From positions 129,862 to 193,861 of the forward strand of contig CAPIEU010000002.1 in assembly GCA_948630815.1 (NCBI GenBank): DNA of 64,000 bases, written 5' to 3'. Both the position numbers and the translations under genes were made by a program. This document shows positions 41,156 through 52,216 of the stretch, piece after piece. The notes below the pieces were generated by a model that was not told the DNA's origin, did no database searches, and saw only the letters and a list, made by a program, of their open reading frames with translations. The first letter of the stretch is position 1; every line of letters begins with the position of its first letter. This stretch comes from an uncultured Clostridia bacterium. Lineage in GTDB: Bacteria; Bacillota; Clostridia; TANB77; CAG-508.

Positions 41156-41629
41156 ATGAAAAGATATTTTATAGAATGGATATTATTTATTTTACTTATG
41201 ATTCTTATGTTTTTTAAAAGCATAACAATTGCAGAATCTATAATTATATATTCAATAGCAATAGGCTTAGAATACATATTAGAAGAATTACAGAAAATAA
41301 GAAGGTTATTAGAATGTTTAAATTCTCCACCATTTCATATTAACTGCAGACATCAAATAATAAAAAATAATGAAAATGAATTATATTTTGATACAAATAG
41401 TTTTGTAGAAACAGTTAAAATAAATTATTGCCCTATGTGTGGGAGATTAGTAAATAAACAGGTATTAGAGGATATAAAAAAATCAATAGAGGATCCAACG
41501 TGTGGAATAAATGCAGCAATACCTGTATGTAATGAAATAAAATTAGATATGCAAGAAGAAATAAACAAAGCAATTGAAAAATCAATATTTGATAGACGGA
41601 AACTTTATGCAAGGGGGATTATAATATGA
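41156..41629 (+). CDS. membrane-anchored phage protein with zinc-ribbon
   Basis: N-terminal TM segments. CRHQ...CPMCG. In-frame CGG-A at 41597 makes the 3' end ambiguous (41624 if shifted). Confidence 0.4.
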   Translation: MKRYFIEWILFILLMILMFFKSITIAESIIIYSIAIGLEYILEELQKIRRLLECLNSPPFHINCRHQIIKNNENELYFDTNSFVETVKINYCPMCGRLVNKQVLEDIKKSIEDPTCGINAAIPVCNEIKLDMQEEINKAIEKSIFDRRKLYARGIII

Positions 41630-41758
41630 GCAAAGAAGAATTTATAAAAATAATTGAAAATGTAGAAATAAGCAAAATAAAATCTTTTACAATAACTTAT
41701 GAAGATTACGAAACTATGAGCCAAGATAAAACAATTTCATTTTCAGATGGGAGGTAAT

Positions 41759-41980
41759 ATGGAAGAGCAAGACTATATTGAATTAAATACATTACTAGCA
41801 AAATTAAGAGTAGTATGTTTAAAAAATATAGTTGAGATAGATAAACAAATATGTGAAAATAATATGATAATATCAAGAAAAGAAAGAGAAAGAAATGTAA
41901 ACTTAGTTAGGAATATAGACAATATTAGAAGGCAAATACCTTTAAAAGTAGGCGAAGGAACAATATCATTAATAAAATAG
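41759..41980 (+). CDS. hypothetical phage protein
   Basis: ATG behind GGGAGGT. Confidence 0.4.
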   Translation: MEEQDYIELNTLLAKLRVVCLKNIVEIDKQICENNMIISRKERERNVNLVRNIDNIRRQIPLKVGEGTISLIK

Positions 41981-41995
41981 GGAGGAAAATGTTAT

Positions 41996-42250
41996 ATGAT
42001 AATAACAGAGGTAAATAACAAAGAAGAGGCTGAAAAAGCTATGATAGCAGTTGGTCAAGAAATTATAAAAAGAGCAAAAGAAACGTGTATTAATGTTGAT
42101 AGAGTTACATCAATAAAAATAGATGCTGAAATAATACCATTTCCAGATGGAGCAATAACTGTCAATATAAATAAAAATTATGTGGCAGAATTTAGTGAAA
42201 AGGAGGATACAGAAAATGAAAGTAATGATAAGCCAACCAATGAAAAATAG
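41996..42250 (+). CDS. hypothetical phage protein
   Basis: RBS GGGAGGA. Confidence 0.4.
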   Translation: MIITEVNNKEEAEKAMIAVGQEIIKRAKETCINVDRVTSIKIDAEIIPFPDGAITVNINKNYVAEFSEKEDTENESNDKPTNEK

Positions 42251-42509
42251 AAGTAATGAGGAAATTTTTGAGGAAAGAAAAGAGTTAATTAGAAGAATTG
42301 AGGAGAACGGAGATACAGTATTAGCAACTGTTCTTACAGAGGAAGACGTCGAAAAAGATGATCCTATTTATTATTTAGCAGAATCATTAAAATTTATTGC
42401 ACAAGCCGATAAGATAATATTTATGAAAGGTTGGGAAAAAGCACGAGGATGTAAAATAGAACATCAAGTAGCAGTAGAATATGGAAAAGAAATAATGTAT
42501 TGTAATTAG
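42216..42509 (+). CDS. DUF4406 / nucleoside 2-deoxyribosyltransferase-like protein
   Basis: MKVMISQPM...DPIYYLAESLKFIAQADKIIFMKGWEKARGCKIEHQVAVEYG is typical of DUF4406. Confidence 0.55.
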   Translation: MKVMISQPMKNRSNEEIFEERKELIRRIEENGDTVLATVLTEEDVEKDDPIYYLAESLKFIAQADKIIFMKGWEKARGCKIEHQVAVEYGKEIMYCN

Positions 42510-42517
42510 GAGGAATT

Positions 42518-43721
42518 ATGAAAAATTTAAGAATATTTACAAAAAATGTAGAACAGGAGGCAATAGAACAAATTGATTTATTATTAAAGCAAGAGCCTTT
42601 TAAGAATTGTAAAGTTAGAATAATGCCAGATGTACATGCTGGAAAAGGTTGTGTAATTGGTTTTACAGCAGATTTAGGAAACAAAGTAATACCTAACATA
42701 GTTGGTGTAGATATTGGCTGTGGTATGTTATGTGTTGAATTAGGCAAGATAGATTTAGACTTGCAAAAGTTAGATGAAGTAATAAATAATTGCATACCAG
42801 CAGGAAGAAATATAAGAGAACATAAACTATTAGATTTTGAACCAATAAACGAATTATATTGTTTGAGAGAATTAAAAGAAACAAAAAAATTTAATAGAGC
42901 AATAGGAACACTAGGTCGGAGGAAATCACTTTATAGAAATAGATGTAGATGATGAAGGCAACAAGTATTTAGTTATTCATACAGGTAGTAGAAATTTAGG
43001 AAAACAAGTAGCAGACTATTATCAAAACTTAGCAATAGAATTATGCTCTGGAAAAGAAGAAATGTATCAGAAGAAAGAGGAAATAATCAAAACATATAAA
43101 GAGCAAGGAAGAAAGCATGAAATACAAAAAGCATTAAAAGAATTAGAAAAACAATATAAGGAAAATAAACCTAATCTACCAAATGAATTATGCTATTTAG
43201 AAGGTAAATATAGAGAAATGTATTTACATGATATGAAAATATGTCAAGAATATGCAACAAAGAATAGAGAGGCAATAGCTTGTACTATATTAATGAACAA
43301 GGTAGATAATTTAAAATATGGATTTAATCAATTTCATACAATACACAATTATATATCATTTGAAGATAATATAGTTCGTAAAGGTGCAATATCAGCTCAA
43401 CAAGGAGAAAAAGTTTTAATTCCGATAAATATGAGAGATGGAAGTATAATAGCGGTAGGAAAAGGTAATGAAGATTGGAATAATTCAGCTCCTCATGGAG
43501 CAGGAAGGATAATGTCAAGAAATAAAGCAAAAGAAGTATTTAACCTAAAGGAATTTAAAGAAAGTATGGAAGGCATATATTCAAGTAGTATTGTAGAAGA
43601 AACAATAGATGAGGCACCATTTGTTTATAAACCTATGCAAGAAATAATAGACAACATACAAGATACAGTAGAAATACAAAAAATAATAAAGCCAATATAT
43701 AATTTTAAAGCAAAAAACTAA
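42518..43721 (+). CDS. rtcB: RtcB-family RNA 3'-phosphate/5'-OH ligase, interrupted by a +1 break at in-frame CGG (extra C at 42917)
   Basis: MPDVHAGKG, GVDIGCGM. AIGTLG|c|GGNHFIEIDVD restores the GTLGGGNHF motif. APHGAGRIMSR lies in the second part (track ORF 43062-43721). Confidence 0.85.
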
Positions 43722-43742
43722 TAGAAAATAAGGGATAAACTT

Positions 43743-43949
43743 ATGAAATTAAAAAACATTGTTACTATGGATGATGAATTGACATTCACGGATATAGAAG
43801 TTTTAAATATAAAAAACGAGAAACAATTGGATAAAGCAATAGCAAAAAATAAGGTACTAAAAATTAGAGAAAAACGGAACAATTTACAAATTAAACTCGT
43901 CATATATTATTTTTTATCAGCCATAAATACAAGAGTAGAAAGGAGATAA
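43743..43949 (+). CDS. hypothetical phage protein
   Basis: In-frame CGG-A at 43875. The unshifted tail (VIYYFLSAINTRVERR) runs over the next RBS. The shifted version would end at 43926. Confidence 0.35.
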   Translation: MKLKNIVTMDDELTFTDIEVLNIKNEKQLDKAIAKNKVLKIREKRNNLQIKLVIYYFLSAINTRVERR

Positions 43950-43953
43950 AAAA

Positions 43954-44523
43954 ATGCAAAAAAATGATGAAGTAAAAAAGATAGTATTCGATAAAGAAAA
44001 CTTAGAGATATATAAACAGTTAGTAGCAGAGGCAACAGAAAACGCAGTAAAACAAATAGAAAAAGAGAAACAAGATAAAATTAAAAATAGATATGATACA
44101 AGATTAAGAAATACAGAAATGTTATTGAGAAATTATAACAGTTTCAAAAAACATGCACAGGATGCAACGTATTCAGAAATAGAACAAAACGGACTAGATG
44201 AAGATTTAGACTATGACAAAGAAATTGATAATTTATTTATTAATTCAATATTAAAAACTAAAAAAAGAACGGAAATAATGTTAAAACATATTGATAATTG
44301 TATTGAATACTATACTTATAAATGTTTAGCATCTGGCAAAGATGATGTACAAAGAAGAATACAAGTAATAAAAATGTTATACATAAATGAAGAAACAATG
44401 ACCTATGAGGAAATATCAGAAGAACTAGACTGCAGTACCAAAACAATTAATAATACAAAGAAAGTAGCAATAAGAGAATTATCAGTATTATTATTTGGAA
44501 TAGATGGAGTAAAATTATATTGA
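43954..44523 (+). CDS. ArpU-family / sigma-70 region-4-like late transcription regulator
   Basis: C-terminal HTH TYEEISEELDCSTKTINNTKKVAIRELS. Lies at the end of the early region, followed by a strong terminator. Confidence 0.65.
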   Translation: MQKNDEVKKIVFDKENLEIYKQLVAEATENAVKQIEKEKQDKIKNRYDTRLRNTEMLLRNYNSFKKHAQDATYSEIEQNGLDEDLDYDKEIDNLFINSILKTKKRTEIMLKHIDNCIEYYTYKCLASGKDDVQRRIQVIKMLYINEETMTYEEISEELDCSTKTINNTKKVAIRELSVLLFGIDGVKLY

Positions 44524-44628
44524 GTTCAAAATTGTTTCCAAAATACTTCCTTGACGTTTCCTTGTAAAGAAATTATAATTGTAGTATGTAAAATTGTTTT
44601 TCACAGTTATTCTTCCTTTTATTTTTGA

Positions 44629-44656
44629 AAGCTCACTAGAAATAGTGGGCTTTTTT
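44629..44656 (+). terminator. rho-independent terminator separating early and late operons
   Basis: GCTCACTA-gaaa-TAGTGGGC plus TTTTTT. Confidence 0.75.
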
Positions 44657-44753
44657 GGTATATATAGGGATAATAAATGTAATGTAAAATGTAGTAATGT
44701 ATGATTTTATAAATAGGAATTATAAGTGTCAAACAATAGAAAAGGGGGGTAAA

Positions 44754-45329
44754 ATGATTATTCAAGAAATAGAAATACAGAAGTTGAAACCATACGAAAA
44801 AAATCCTAGAAATAATGATGAGGCAGTTCCTTATGTTGCAGAATCAATAAAAAAATTTGGTTTTAAAGTTCCAATTATAATTGACAAGAATTATGTTATT
44901 GTTACAGGGCATACAAGATACAAAGCAAGTCAATTATTAGGACTTAAAAAAGTACCTTGCATTATTGCAGATGACCTAACAGAAGAACAAATAAAGGCTT
45001 TTAGATTAGTAGATAATAAAGTTACAGAAAATGCAGAATGGGATTTTGATTTATTATCACAAGAACTAGAGGACATATCAAGTATAGACATGAGAATATT
45101 CAATTTTAATATGAATGATATGCTGGATGAAGATTTTTTTGAGGACATAAACGATAATGAATATGCAGATACTACAAGATTTGAACATAAACTAAAAATA
45201 GACAGGCAACAAATAATAATGACAGAAGAGGAATACCAAAAATTAATAGACAAACTTAATAAATATGTTGACAAGAACGGAGTAAGTTTCGGTTTTGTCA
45301 ATTATTTAATAGGTGGTGCCAATGATTAA
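44754..45329 (+). CDS. ParB N-terminal (ParB/Srx nuclease-like) domain protein
   Basis: KLKPYEKNPRNN...IVTGHTRYKASQLLGLKKVPCII. ATG behind AGGGGGG. Confidence 0.75.
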   Translation: MIIQEIEIQKLKPYEKNPRNNDEAVPYVAESIKKFGFKVPIIIDKNYVIVTGHTRYKASQLLGLKKVPCIIADDLTEEQIKAFRLVDNKVTENAEWDFDLLSQELEDISSIDMRIFNFNMNDMLDEDFFEDINDNEYADTTRFEHKLKIDRQQIIMTEEEYQKLIDKLNKYVDKNGVSFGFVNYLIGGAND

Positions 45330-46690
45330 ATATGTTGATATAGATAAAATAAGACCAGCAGAATATAACCCTAGAAAAATTGAAAATAAGCAAATAGAAG
45401 AATTGAAAAAGTCTATTAATGATATTGGATTTATTTTACCTATTTTAGTAAATAGCAAAAATAATATAATTATTGCAGGACACCAAAGAACGAAAACAGC
45501 AAAATTATGTGGACTAAAAAAAGTACCAGTAATGTATGTTGATGAAATTGTATTGGGAGATGAAATTAAATTTAATCAGATCCATAATGGAATTGACAAA
45601 TCGTTAAATAATTCGCCAGTATTATTAAAAGAATACCCCAAAGAACAATTTATTCAAATTGATAATAAAGACTTTTCAGAGAAAACAGCATTTGCAACAA
45701 TAGTCAATGAAATATGTAAATTGATATTGAAATATGGCAATGTATTGTCATGTGTTATAGCAAAAAGTAAGGTAATATATGGATGCGAATATATAAAAGC
45801 ATGTAAAATACTAAATATAAAAATAAATGCCTATATTGTGAATGATGATAAATTTGATAAGGTAATTTATTACTTAAATCAGCAATATGGTCAATACTAT
45901 TATGGAGATATTGAAAGAAAAACTTATGTTCAAGGACTAGCACAATTAAATAGAAGTGTAGAAAAAAGGGAGAACTTAAAGCAAAACAAAAGTGTTCTAT
46001 ATACATACTTAGTAAACGAATATCTAAAAACACAAAAAGATGATATATCTATTTTAGATTTTGGATGTGGTAAAGGTGCTTATATTAATTCATTATCAAA
46101 GAAATATGAAAATGCTTTAGGGTTAGAATTCTATAATAATAATTTTAAGTCAATTAATATAACTAAGGGAAATAAACAAATAGATAGATTAATTGAATAC
46201 TTAAAAAACAACAAAGATTTTGACGTTGTAGTATGTGATAGTGTTTTAAATAGTGTTGATAGTGTTGAGGCAGAAAAAAGTGTAATTACATGCTTAAATT
46301 TGTTTACTAATAACAGATTATTTATATCTGGTAGAACATTAGAAGGTGTGAGAATGGGAAAAACAAAAAACGGAAATGCACTAAAGAACAGGCTTACTTT
46401 CTTAGATGAGAATAACTTTACATCTACATACCGAGAACGGACAATGGTATTTCCAACATTTTCACGACAAAAAGCAGTTAGTAAATATGTTAGAAGAAAA
46501 AGGTTTTAAGATTATTAGAATTAATTGGAATAAATACGGTGCTACATTTCAAGTTGAGGCACAGAAGATAAAGGCATTGAGTAAAGACGATTATGTAAAA
46601 GCTATTGATTTTGAGTTTAATTTGCCATTGCCTAATAATAAAAGATATAACAGACACAATGAAATGAAAAAAGTTCTAAAATTAACATGA
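45322..46690 (+). CDS. ParB-like domain fused to a SAM-dependent methyltransferase, interrupted by a +1 break at in-frame CGG (extra C at 46438)
   Basis: RPAEYNPRKI...IIAGHQRTKTAKLCGLKKVPV. SAM motif ILDFGCGKGAY. TSTYRE|c|GQWYFQHF continues in track ORF 46406-46690. Confidence 0.7.
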
Positions 46691-46715
46691 AAAGAAATGA
46701 GGTGGGTGATATGTA

Positions 46716-47451
46716 TTGACAGGCGAACAACTAGAAAAAATAAAAAAAGATTATATGGCAGGATCTACATACAAAGAATTGCAAAATAAGTACAATATAA
46801 CACCTAACGAACTTAAATGGAATATTCAAAAAAATAAATGGAAAAGAAAAAGTAACAGAAGAAAAGCACAGAAGGGAAACAAAAACGCAAAAAATAATAA
46901 AGGTGGGGGAGCAAAACAAGGCAATAAAAATGCAGTAACTACTCGGAGAATATGAAACAATATTGTTAAATGAATTGAGCGAAGAAGAAAGATTACTGTA
47001 TAATTCTTGCGATATTTTAGACAAAAAAACAGAATTAAAAAAGCAATATAAAATGTTATTTGTAAGAGAATTTAGAATAACTAAAAAGATAGAAAGTTTA
47101 ACACAAAAAAATAAAGAAATGACAGTAGAAACAATTACTAAACATGATAACTTAGATGGAACAGGAACATCTACACATGCTACAAATACTATAAACTTAA
47201 TACAAAAACTAGATGATTCGCTATCTAGGATACAAGAACAAAAAAGAAAGTGTATAGATAGCTTACACAAAATAGAAACAGACGATAGAAGACTTGAAAT
47301 AGAATTGATTAGATTAGAAAGAGAAGCGGAAAAAGATGGAGCATCAGAAAATGACAACATAACAGATAATAGTTTTATTGAGGCACTTGAAAATAGTGTT
47401 GAGAGTACATGGGATGATTACGATGAGCAAGAAGAAACAGAAAACGAATAA
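46716..47451 (+). CDS. terS: terminase small subunit, interrupted by a +1 break at in-frame CGG (extra C at 46944)
   Basis: N-terminal HTH-like YMAGSTYKELQNKYNITPNELKW. GNKNAKNNKGGGAKQGNKNAVTT|c|GEYETILLNELSEEE continues as track ORF 46963-47451. Confidence 0.75.
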
Positions 47452-48893
47452 TATAACTATTGATGAAAGAATTTCTAATCTAAAAAAACTCGTAATGAAA
47501 AATGCTATCACATTACGAAAAAAAATTATAAATGGTACTGTATTCAAATTTCAAAAATTTAGTAAAAAGCAGAAAAAAGTATTAAACTGGTGGTGTGATA
47601 ATAGCCCTGTAAAAAATATGGATGGTATTATTGCAGATGGTGCAATACGTTCTGGAAAAACTGTGTCAATGTCATTATCATTTGTAATATGGGCAATGAC
47701 ACGATTTAACGGACAGAATTTTATTATGGCAGGAAAAACTGTAGGAGCATTCAGAAGGAATGTTCTTTTTTGGTTGAAATTAATGTTAAAAGCACAAGGC
47801 TACAAAATAAAGGAAAGAAGAACAGATAACTTAGTAGAAATAAGTATAGGCGAAAAAATAAATTACTTTTATATTTTTGGAGGTAAAGATGAAAGATCAC
47901 AAGACTTAGTACAAGGTATTACAGCAGCAGGAGTATTCTTAGATGAAGTTGCACTTATGCCAGAAAGCTTTGTAAACCAAGCTATTGCACGTTGTTCTGT
48001 TGCAGGAAGTAAATATTGGTTTAACTGTAACCCAGAACGGACCAAATCATTGGTTTAAAGTTAATTGGATAGATAAATGCGTAGGATATTTAACAAAAGA
48101 AGAACAACAAGAATTACTAAAAAAAGGAGAAACACTAAAAAAATTAATATATTTGCACTTTACTATGGATGACAATTTAAGTTTATCAGCAGAGGTAAAA
48201 GAAAGATACAAAACTAATTTTATTGGTGTATTTTTTCAAAGATATATCCTGGGCTTATGGGTACTTGCCGAAGGTGTTATATATCATAATTTTAATCGAG
48301 AAAGACATTGTATAAATAAAGAAGACATACCAAGTAATTTTGATTATTATTATGTGTCAAGCGACTATGGTATTACTAATCCACAAGTATTTTTACTTTG
48401 TGGAGTAAAATACATAAGGAATAAACCTCATGTATGGATATTAAAAGAATACTACAATAAAGGTGCAAATAACAAAAAGAAAAAGCAAAAACTAAAAACG
48501 GATACAATATTTTTAAAAGATTACATAGAGTTTATAGGAGAACTAGACATTAAGAAAACAATTATAGATCCTAGTGCTGTTTCACTTATAAATCTATTCA
48601 AGCAACATAATATAAAAGTTAAAGAGGCAGATAATGCTGTTATAGATGGTATCAATTTGGTACTATCTTTTTTAGACCAAAACAGAATTCATATAGTGGA
48701 AGAAAATTGCCCAGAATTACTTAGAGAATTTGCAAGTTATATTTGGGATGTTAAGGCACAAGAAAAAGGCGAAGACAAGCCAGTAAAGACAAACGATCAT
48801 GCTATGGATGCTTTAAGATACTTATTACAAACATTATTCCCAATTAAGAAAAAGGGGGTTCACTTCTATAAGGAAGGAGTAAATTTACAATGA
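47423..48893 (+). CDS. terL: terminase large subunit, interrupted by a +1 break at in-frame CGG (extra C at 48038)
   Basis: Walker A DGAIRSGKT, Walker B VFLDEVA. YWFNCNPE|c|GPNHWFKVNWI restores the conserved block. A nuclease domain with DHAMDALRY follows. The start (47414 or 47423) is uncertain. Confidence 0.85.
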
Positions 48894-50398
48894 TTACAGA
48901 ATTAGAAAAAATAGACTATGAATTAAAGAAAAATGCAACAAATGGAATAAAATTATCAGAATTTATTTACAGAGAGAAAAAAGAGTTTGAAGAATCTACA
49001 AGATATAATGAAATGAAAATAGGAGATAGATATTTTGCAAATGATACAGATATACAAAAAAAGCTAAGAAAATATATTGAATTAGATGGAACAGAGAAAA
49101 TTGCAAATCATGCAAAGAATTTCAAACTAGAACATTCAATAATCTATAAATTAGTAATGCAAAAAGCTAGTTTCTTATTAAAGCAAGAGCCAACAATACA
49201 ACAAAGAGATGAAGAACACAAAAGCGATACATATTCAAAGGAAATAGGAAAGATTTTTAATAAGAAAATGCACAAAAGATTAAAAAGAACAGTAATAGAG
49301 GCTGTAAATAAAGGTTTAAATTGGTGGTATGTATATATAGATGAACAGGGAGATTTAAAGGTACGATTAAAATATGCAACTAAAATAGTACCACTATGGG
49401 CTGATGATGAACATGAAATATTAGATGCAATTATAATGGTATATAAACTAGAGAATTATACAGAATTAGGAAAAGAAGATGTAATAAAAATAGAATACTG
49501 TAATTTAGAAGGGGTAAGATATTACGTTATAAATGGAGATCATTTAATAGAAGACGTAGAAGAGGCAGAAAAACACAAAGAGGCATACTTGCGATTAGAT
49601 GAAGAAGGAATATCAATATTTGGTCACTTTGTATTAAATGGTGTGCCAATGGTTTGGAAAAAGATACCTTATGTTTATTGGAAATACAATTGTAATGAAT
49701 TGTCATTGATACATTATTTGAAAAGTTTAGTAGACTGTTATAATGAAATGACAAGTAGGAAAGCAGACAATATTTTTGAGGCACCAGATGGAGTAAATGT
49801 TGTAAAGAATTATAATGATGATGAAGAGAAATTTCAAAATAAATTACAAACTATAAATACAATATTTGTTGATACAGACGGAGATTATAAAAGAGAGGCT
49901 ATAATAACAGATATAGAGGCTTACAAGGTATTTATGGATCAATTAAGAAAAGATATTTACGAGGCAGGTTTTGGAGTTGATACACAAAGTGATAAATTCG
50001 GAAATCAAAAAAGTGGAATAGCAATTCAAGAATTATATGCTGATTTAGATTTAGACTGCAGTAACATTGAAACAGAGTTTCAGGCAAGTTTAGAGTATTT
50101 TAAATTCTTTATAGATAATTGGTTATTAATAAAAACTGGTAAAGATTATTCAAGTATAGAGTTAGATTTTTCTTTCAATAAAACTATGACAGTAAATGAG
50201 CAAGAATTAATCGAAAATTGTAAAAACTCTGTTGGTATTATTAGTAATAGAACAATAAGAGCAAAGCATCCATTTGTTACTGATTTAGACAAAGAAGAAA
50301 AACAAATTAAGAAAGAAGAAAAAGAGGCTAACGAATACTTACAGGCATTTGAGAACATACAAGATACAGATGATGAAGGAATAAAAGACAATGAGTAA
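48890..50398 (+). CDS. portal protein (SPP1 gp6-like)
   Basis: 502 aa immediately after terL with ATGA overlap. The size, position and acidic C-terminus fit a portal. Confidence 0.8.
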   Translation: MITELEKIDYELKKNATNGIKLSEFIYREKKEFEESTRYNEMKIGDRYFANDTDIQKKLRKYIELDGTEKIANHAKNFKLEHSIIYKLVMQKASFLLKQEPTIQQRDEEHKSDTYSKEIGKIFNKKMHKRLKRTVIEAVNKGLNWWYVYIDEQGDLKVRLKYATKIVPLWADDEHEILDAIIMVYKLENYTELGKEDVIKIEYCNLEGVRYYVINGDHLIEDVEEAEKHKEAYLRLDEEGISIFGHFVLNGVPMVWKKIPYVYWKYNCNELSLIHYLKSLVDCYNEMTSRKADNIFEAPDGVNVVKNYNDDEEKFQNKLQTINTIFVDTDGDYKREAIITDIEAYKVFMDQLRKDIYEAGFGVDTQSDKFGNQKSGIAIQELYADLDLDCSNIETEFQASLEYFKFFIDNWLLIKTGKDYSSIELDFSFNKTMTVNEQELIENCKNSVGIISNRTIRAKHPFVTDLDKEEKQIKKEEKEANEYLQAFENIQDTDDEGIKDNE

Positions 50399-51962
50399 TA
50401 GTGAGTATTGGGAAAAAAGGGCTTTATTAATAGAAAATGAAAACTATAAAAATACAATGTATCATGTTCAAAAGATGCAAGAGCAATACGAAACAGCAAA
50501 AGAAAATATACAGAAAGAAATTGACAAGTTTTATAAAGAGTTTGCTATTAATAACCAAATACAATTATCTGAGGCAAAAAGAATTTTAAACAATAATGAA
50601 TTAAAAGAATTTAAAACAACATTAAGACAATATGAAAAAATGATAGAAAACGACATTGAAGGTAAGCTAAAGGGAAAAATAGTCAATATTAGTATAAAAC
50701 AAAGAATAACACGTCTGCAGTCATTACAAGCAAAAATAGATATTATTTTGGATCAATTACAAAATAATTCTAATGTAGAGATTAATAATACTTTTTTTGA
50801 AACATTGGAAAATACATATTATAAAAATATATATGAAGTTGAAAAAAACGAACATATACACACAGATTTTACATTAATGAATGAAAAGACAACTGATAGT
50901 ATTCTTACATATAATTGGTCTGGGGTAACATATTCCGACAGGATATGGAGAAATCAAATTGAATTAAGGCAAAAGCTAAAAGATAGTTTGAATAAGAATT
51001 TTATTCAAGGAAATAGTATAAGAGAATTAGCAGCAGAAATTAGCAAGGCAATAGATACAGATTATAAAAACTGTGTTAGACTAATGCGAACAGAAGTAAA
51101 TTATATTAATAATAAGGCTAGTATTCAAGCATATAAAGAAAAAGGAATAAAGCAATATATTTTTGTTGCTGTGTTAGATTTAAGAACTTCAAAGATTTGT
51201 TCTGAAATGGATGGGGAAATAATAAATATAGATGACCTAGTTGTTGGGGTTAATTGTCCTCCATTACATCCAAATTGTCGTAGCACAGTAATACCATATA
51301 TAGAAGGACTTGAAAGAAACAGAGTAGCAAGAAATGTTGAAACAAGAGAAATTGAAGAAATTGGCAATATGAATTATAAAGAATGGTATCAAAAATATGT
51401 TGAGAATAAATACAACAAAGAAGAAATACAAACATTAAGAAAAAAGTTTTTAAATTATTCATCAGATAAAGAACAATATTCAAGATATAAAGAAGTGCTA
51501 AAAACACACATAGAAACAGTTAGGTTTGACAAATTTCAAGAAATAAAATACAATAATAAAACAGAATGGAAACAGATTAAAGCAGAGTATTTAGAAAGTT
51601 TAGGAATAAAGACAACAGAAACAGCAAAGCAATATATTAATAATATAAATAAAACTATCAATATGGGAAGACAAGAAAAACATATATTAGGCAGTAATAA
51701 TTATGTGGAAGGAAAAAGCTATTTAACTATATCAAGTGAAGAGGCACAAGAACTTGTTAATAAATATGCTGGTCAAGGACAAATAAACTTTAATAGAAAA
51801 GGTGTATGGGACAAACGAGAAATAATTGATACAGATAAAAAAATAGGAATAGTTGTTAGCAAAAATGGAAAATTTGATACTAATAGTTTTAAGATACATT
51901 ATAGTAAAACTGGAACACATATAGTTCCATATAGGAAAGGTGGAAAACAAAATGAAGGGTAA
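50391..51962 (+). CDS. SPP1 gp7-like head morphogenesis protein with C-terminal toxin-like extension (polymorphic toxin type 50-like)
   Basis: gp7 signature NCPPLHPNCRSTVIPY. An extra C-terminal region of about 200 aa ends GRQEKHILGSNNY...KIHYSKTGTHIVPYRKG. Confidence 0.7.
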   Translation: MSNSEYWEKRALLIENENYKNTMYHVQKMQEQYETAKENIQKEIDKFYKEFAINNQIQLSEAKRILNNNELKEFKTTLRQYEKMIENDIEGKLKGKIVNISIKQRITRLQSLQAKIDIILDQLQNNSNVEINNTFFETLENTYYKNIYEVEKNEHIHTDFTLMNEKTTDSILTYNWSGVTYSDRIWRNQIELRQKLKDSLNKNFIQGNSIRELAAEISKAIDTDYKNCVRLMRTEVNYINNKASIQAYKEKGIKQYIFVAVLDLRTSKICSEMDGEIINIDDLVVGVNCPPLHPNCRSTVIPYIEGLERNRVARNVETREIEEIGNMNYKEWYQKYVENKYNKEEIQTLRKKFLNYSSDKEQYSRYKEVLKTHIETVRFDKFQEIKYNNKTEWKQIKAEYLESLGIKTTETAKQYINNINKTINMGRQEKHILGSNNYVEGKSYLTISSEEAQELVNKYAGQGQINFNRKGVWDKREIIDTDKKIGIVVSKNGKFDTNSFKIHYSKTGTHIVPYRKGGKQNEG

Positions 51963-52161
51963 GAACTTAGAAGACTTATTGAATAAAAAAGTCAAAGTTA
52001 CTACGTTTGAGCAAGAAGAATTTATTGGTAAAGTTGAAGGTTATGTACCAGCACAAGATAATGAACCAGAAGTTGAAGAAATAGACATTTTAAATGAAAA
52101 AGACAATAAAAATTATTCACTTTTTGAAAATGAAATAAAAGAATTAGAAATCATCAATTAA
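51952..52161 (+). CDS. small acidic protein after the toxin-like domain (candidate immunity protein)
   Basis: ATG behind AAGGTGG. Overlaps the gp7 stop and is followed by a terminator. Confidence 0.4.
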   Translation: MKGKNLEDLLNKKVKVTTFEQEEFIGKVEGYVPAQDNEPEVEEIDILNEKDNKNYSLFENEIKELEIIN

Positions 52162-52190
52162 TATGATTCAATAATATAGTTTTTAATATT

Positions 52191-52216
52191 AGACATCTTA
52201 AAAGGATGTCTTTTTT
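52191..52216 (+). terminator. rho-independent terminator inside the structural module
   Basis: AGACATC-ttaaaag-GATGTCT plus TTTTT. Confidence 0.7.

Noticed and set aside
46731-47360. A 209-aa minus-strand ORF opposite terS. There are similar antisense ORFs at 24746-25357, 9068-9562, 22187-22603, 60497-61015 and 34257-34658.
   Set aside because: All are antisense to well-supported genes, are hydrophobic and low-complexity, and lack RBS or start context. They are typical shadow ORFs in a low-GC genome.
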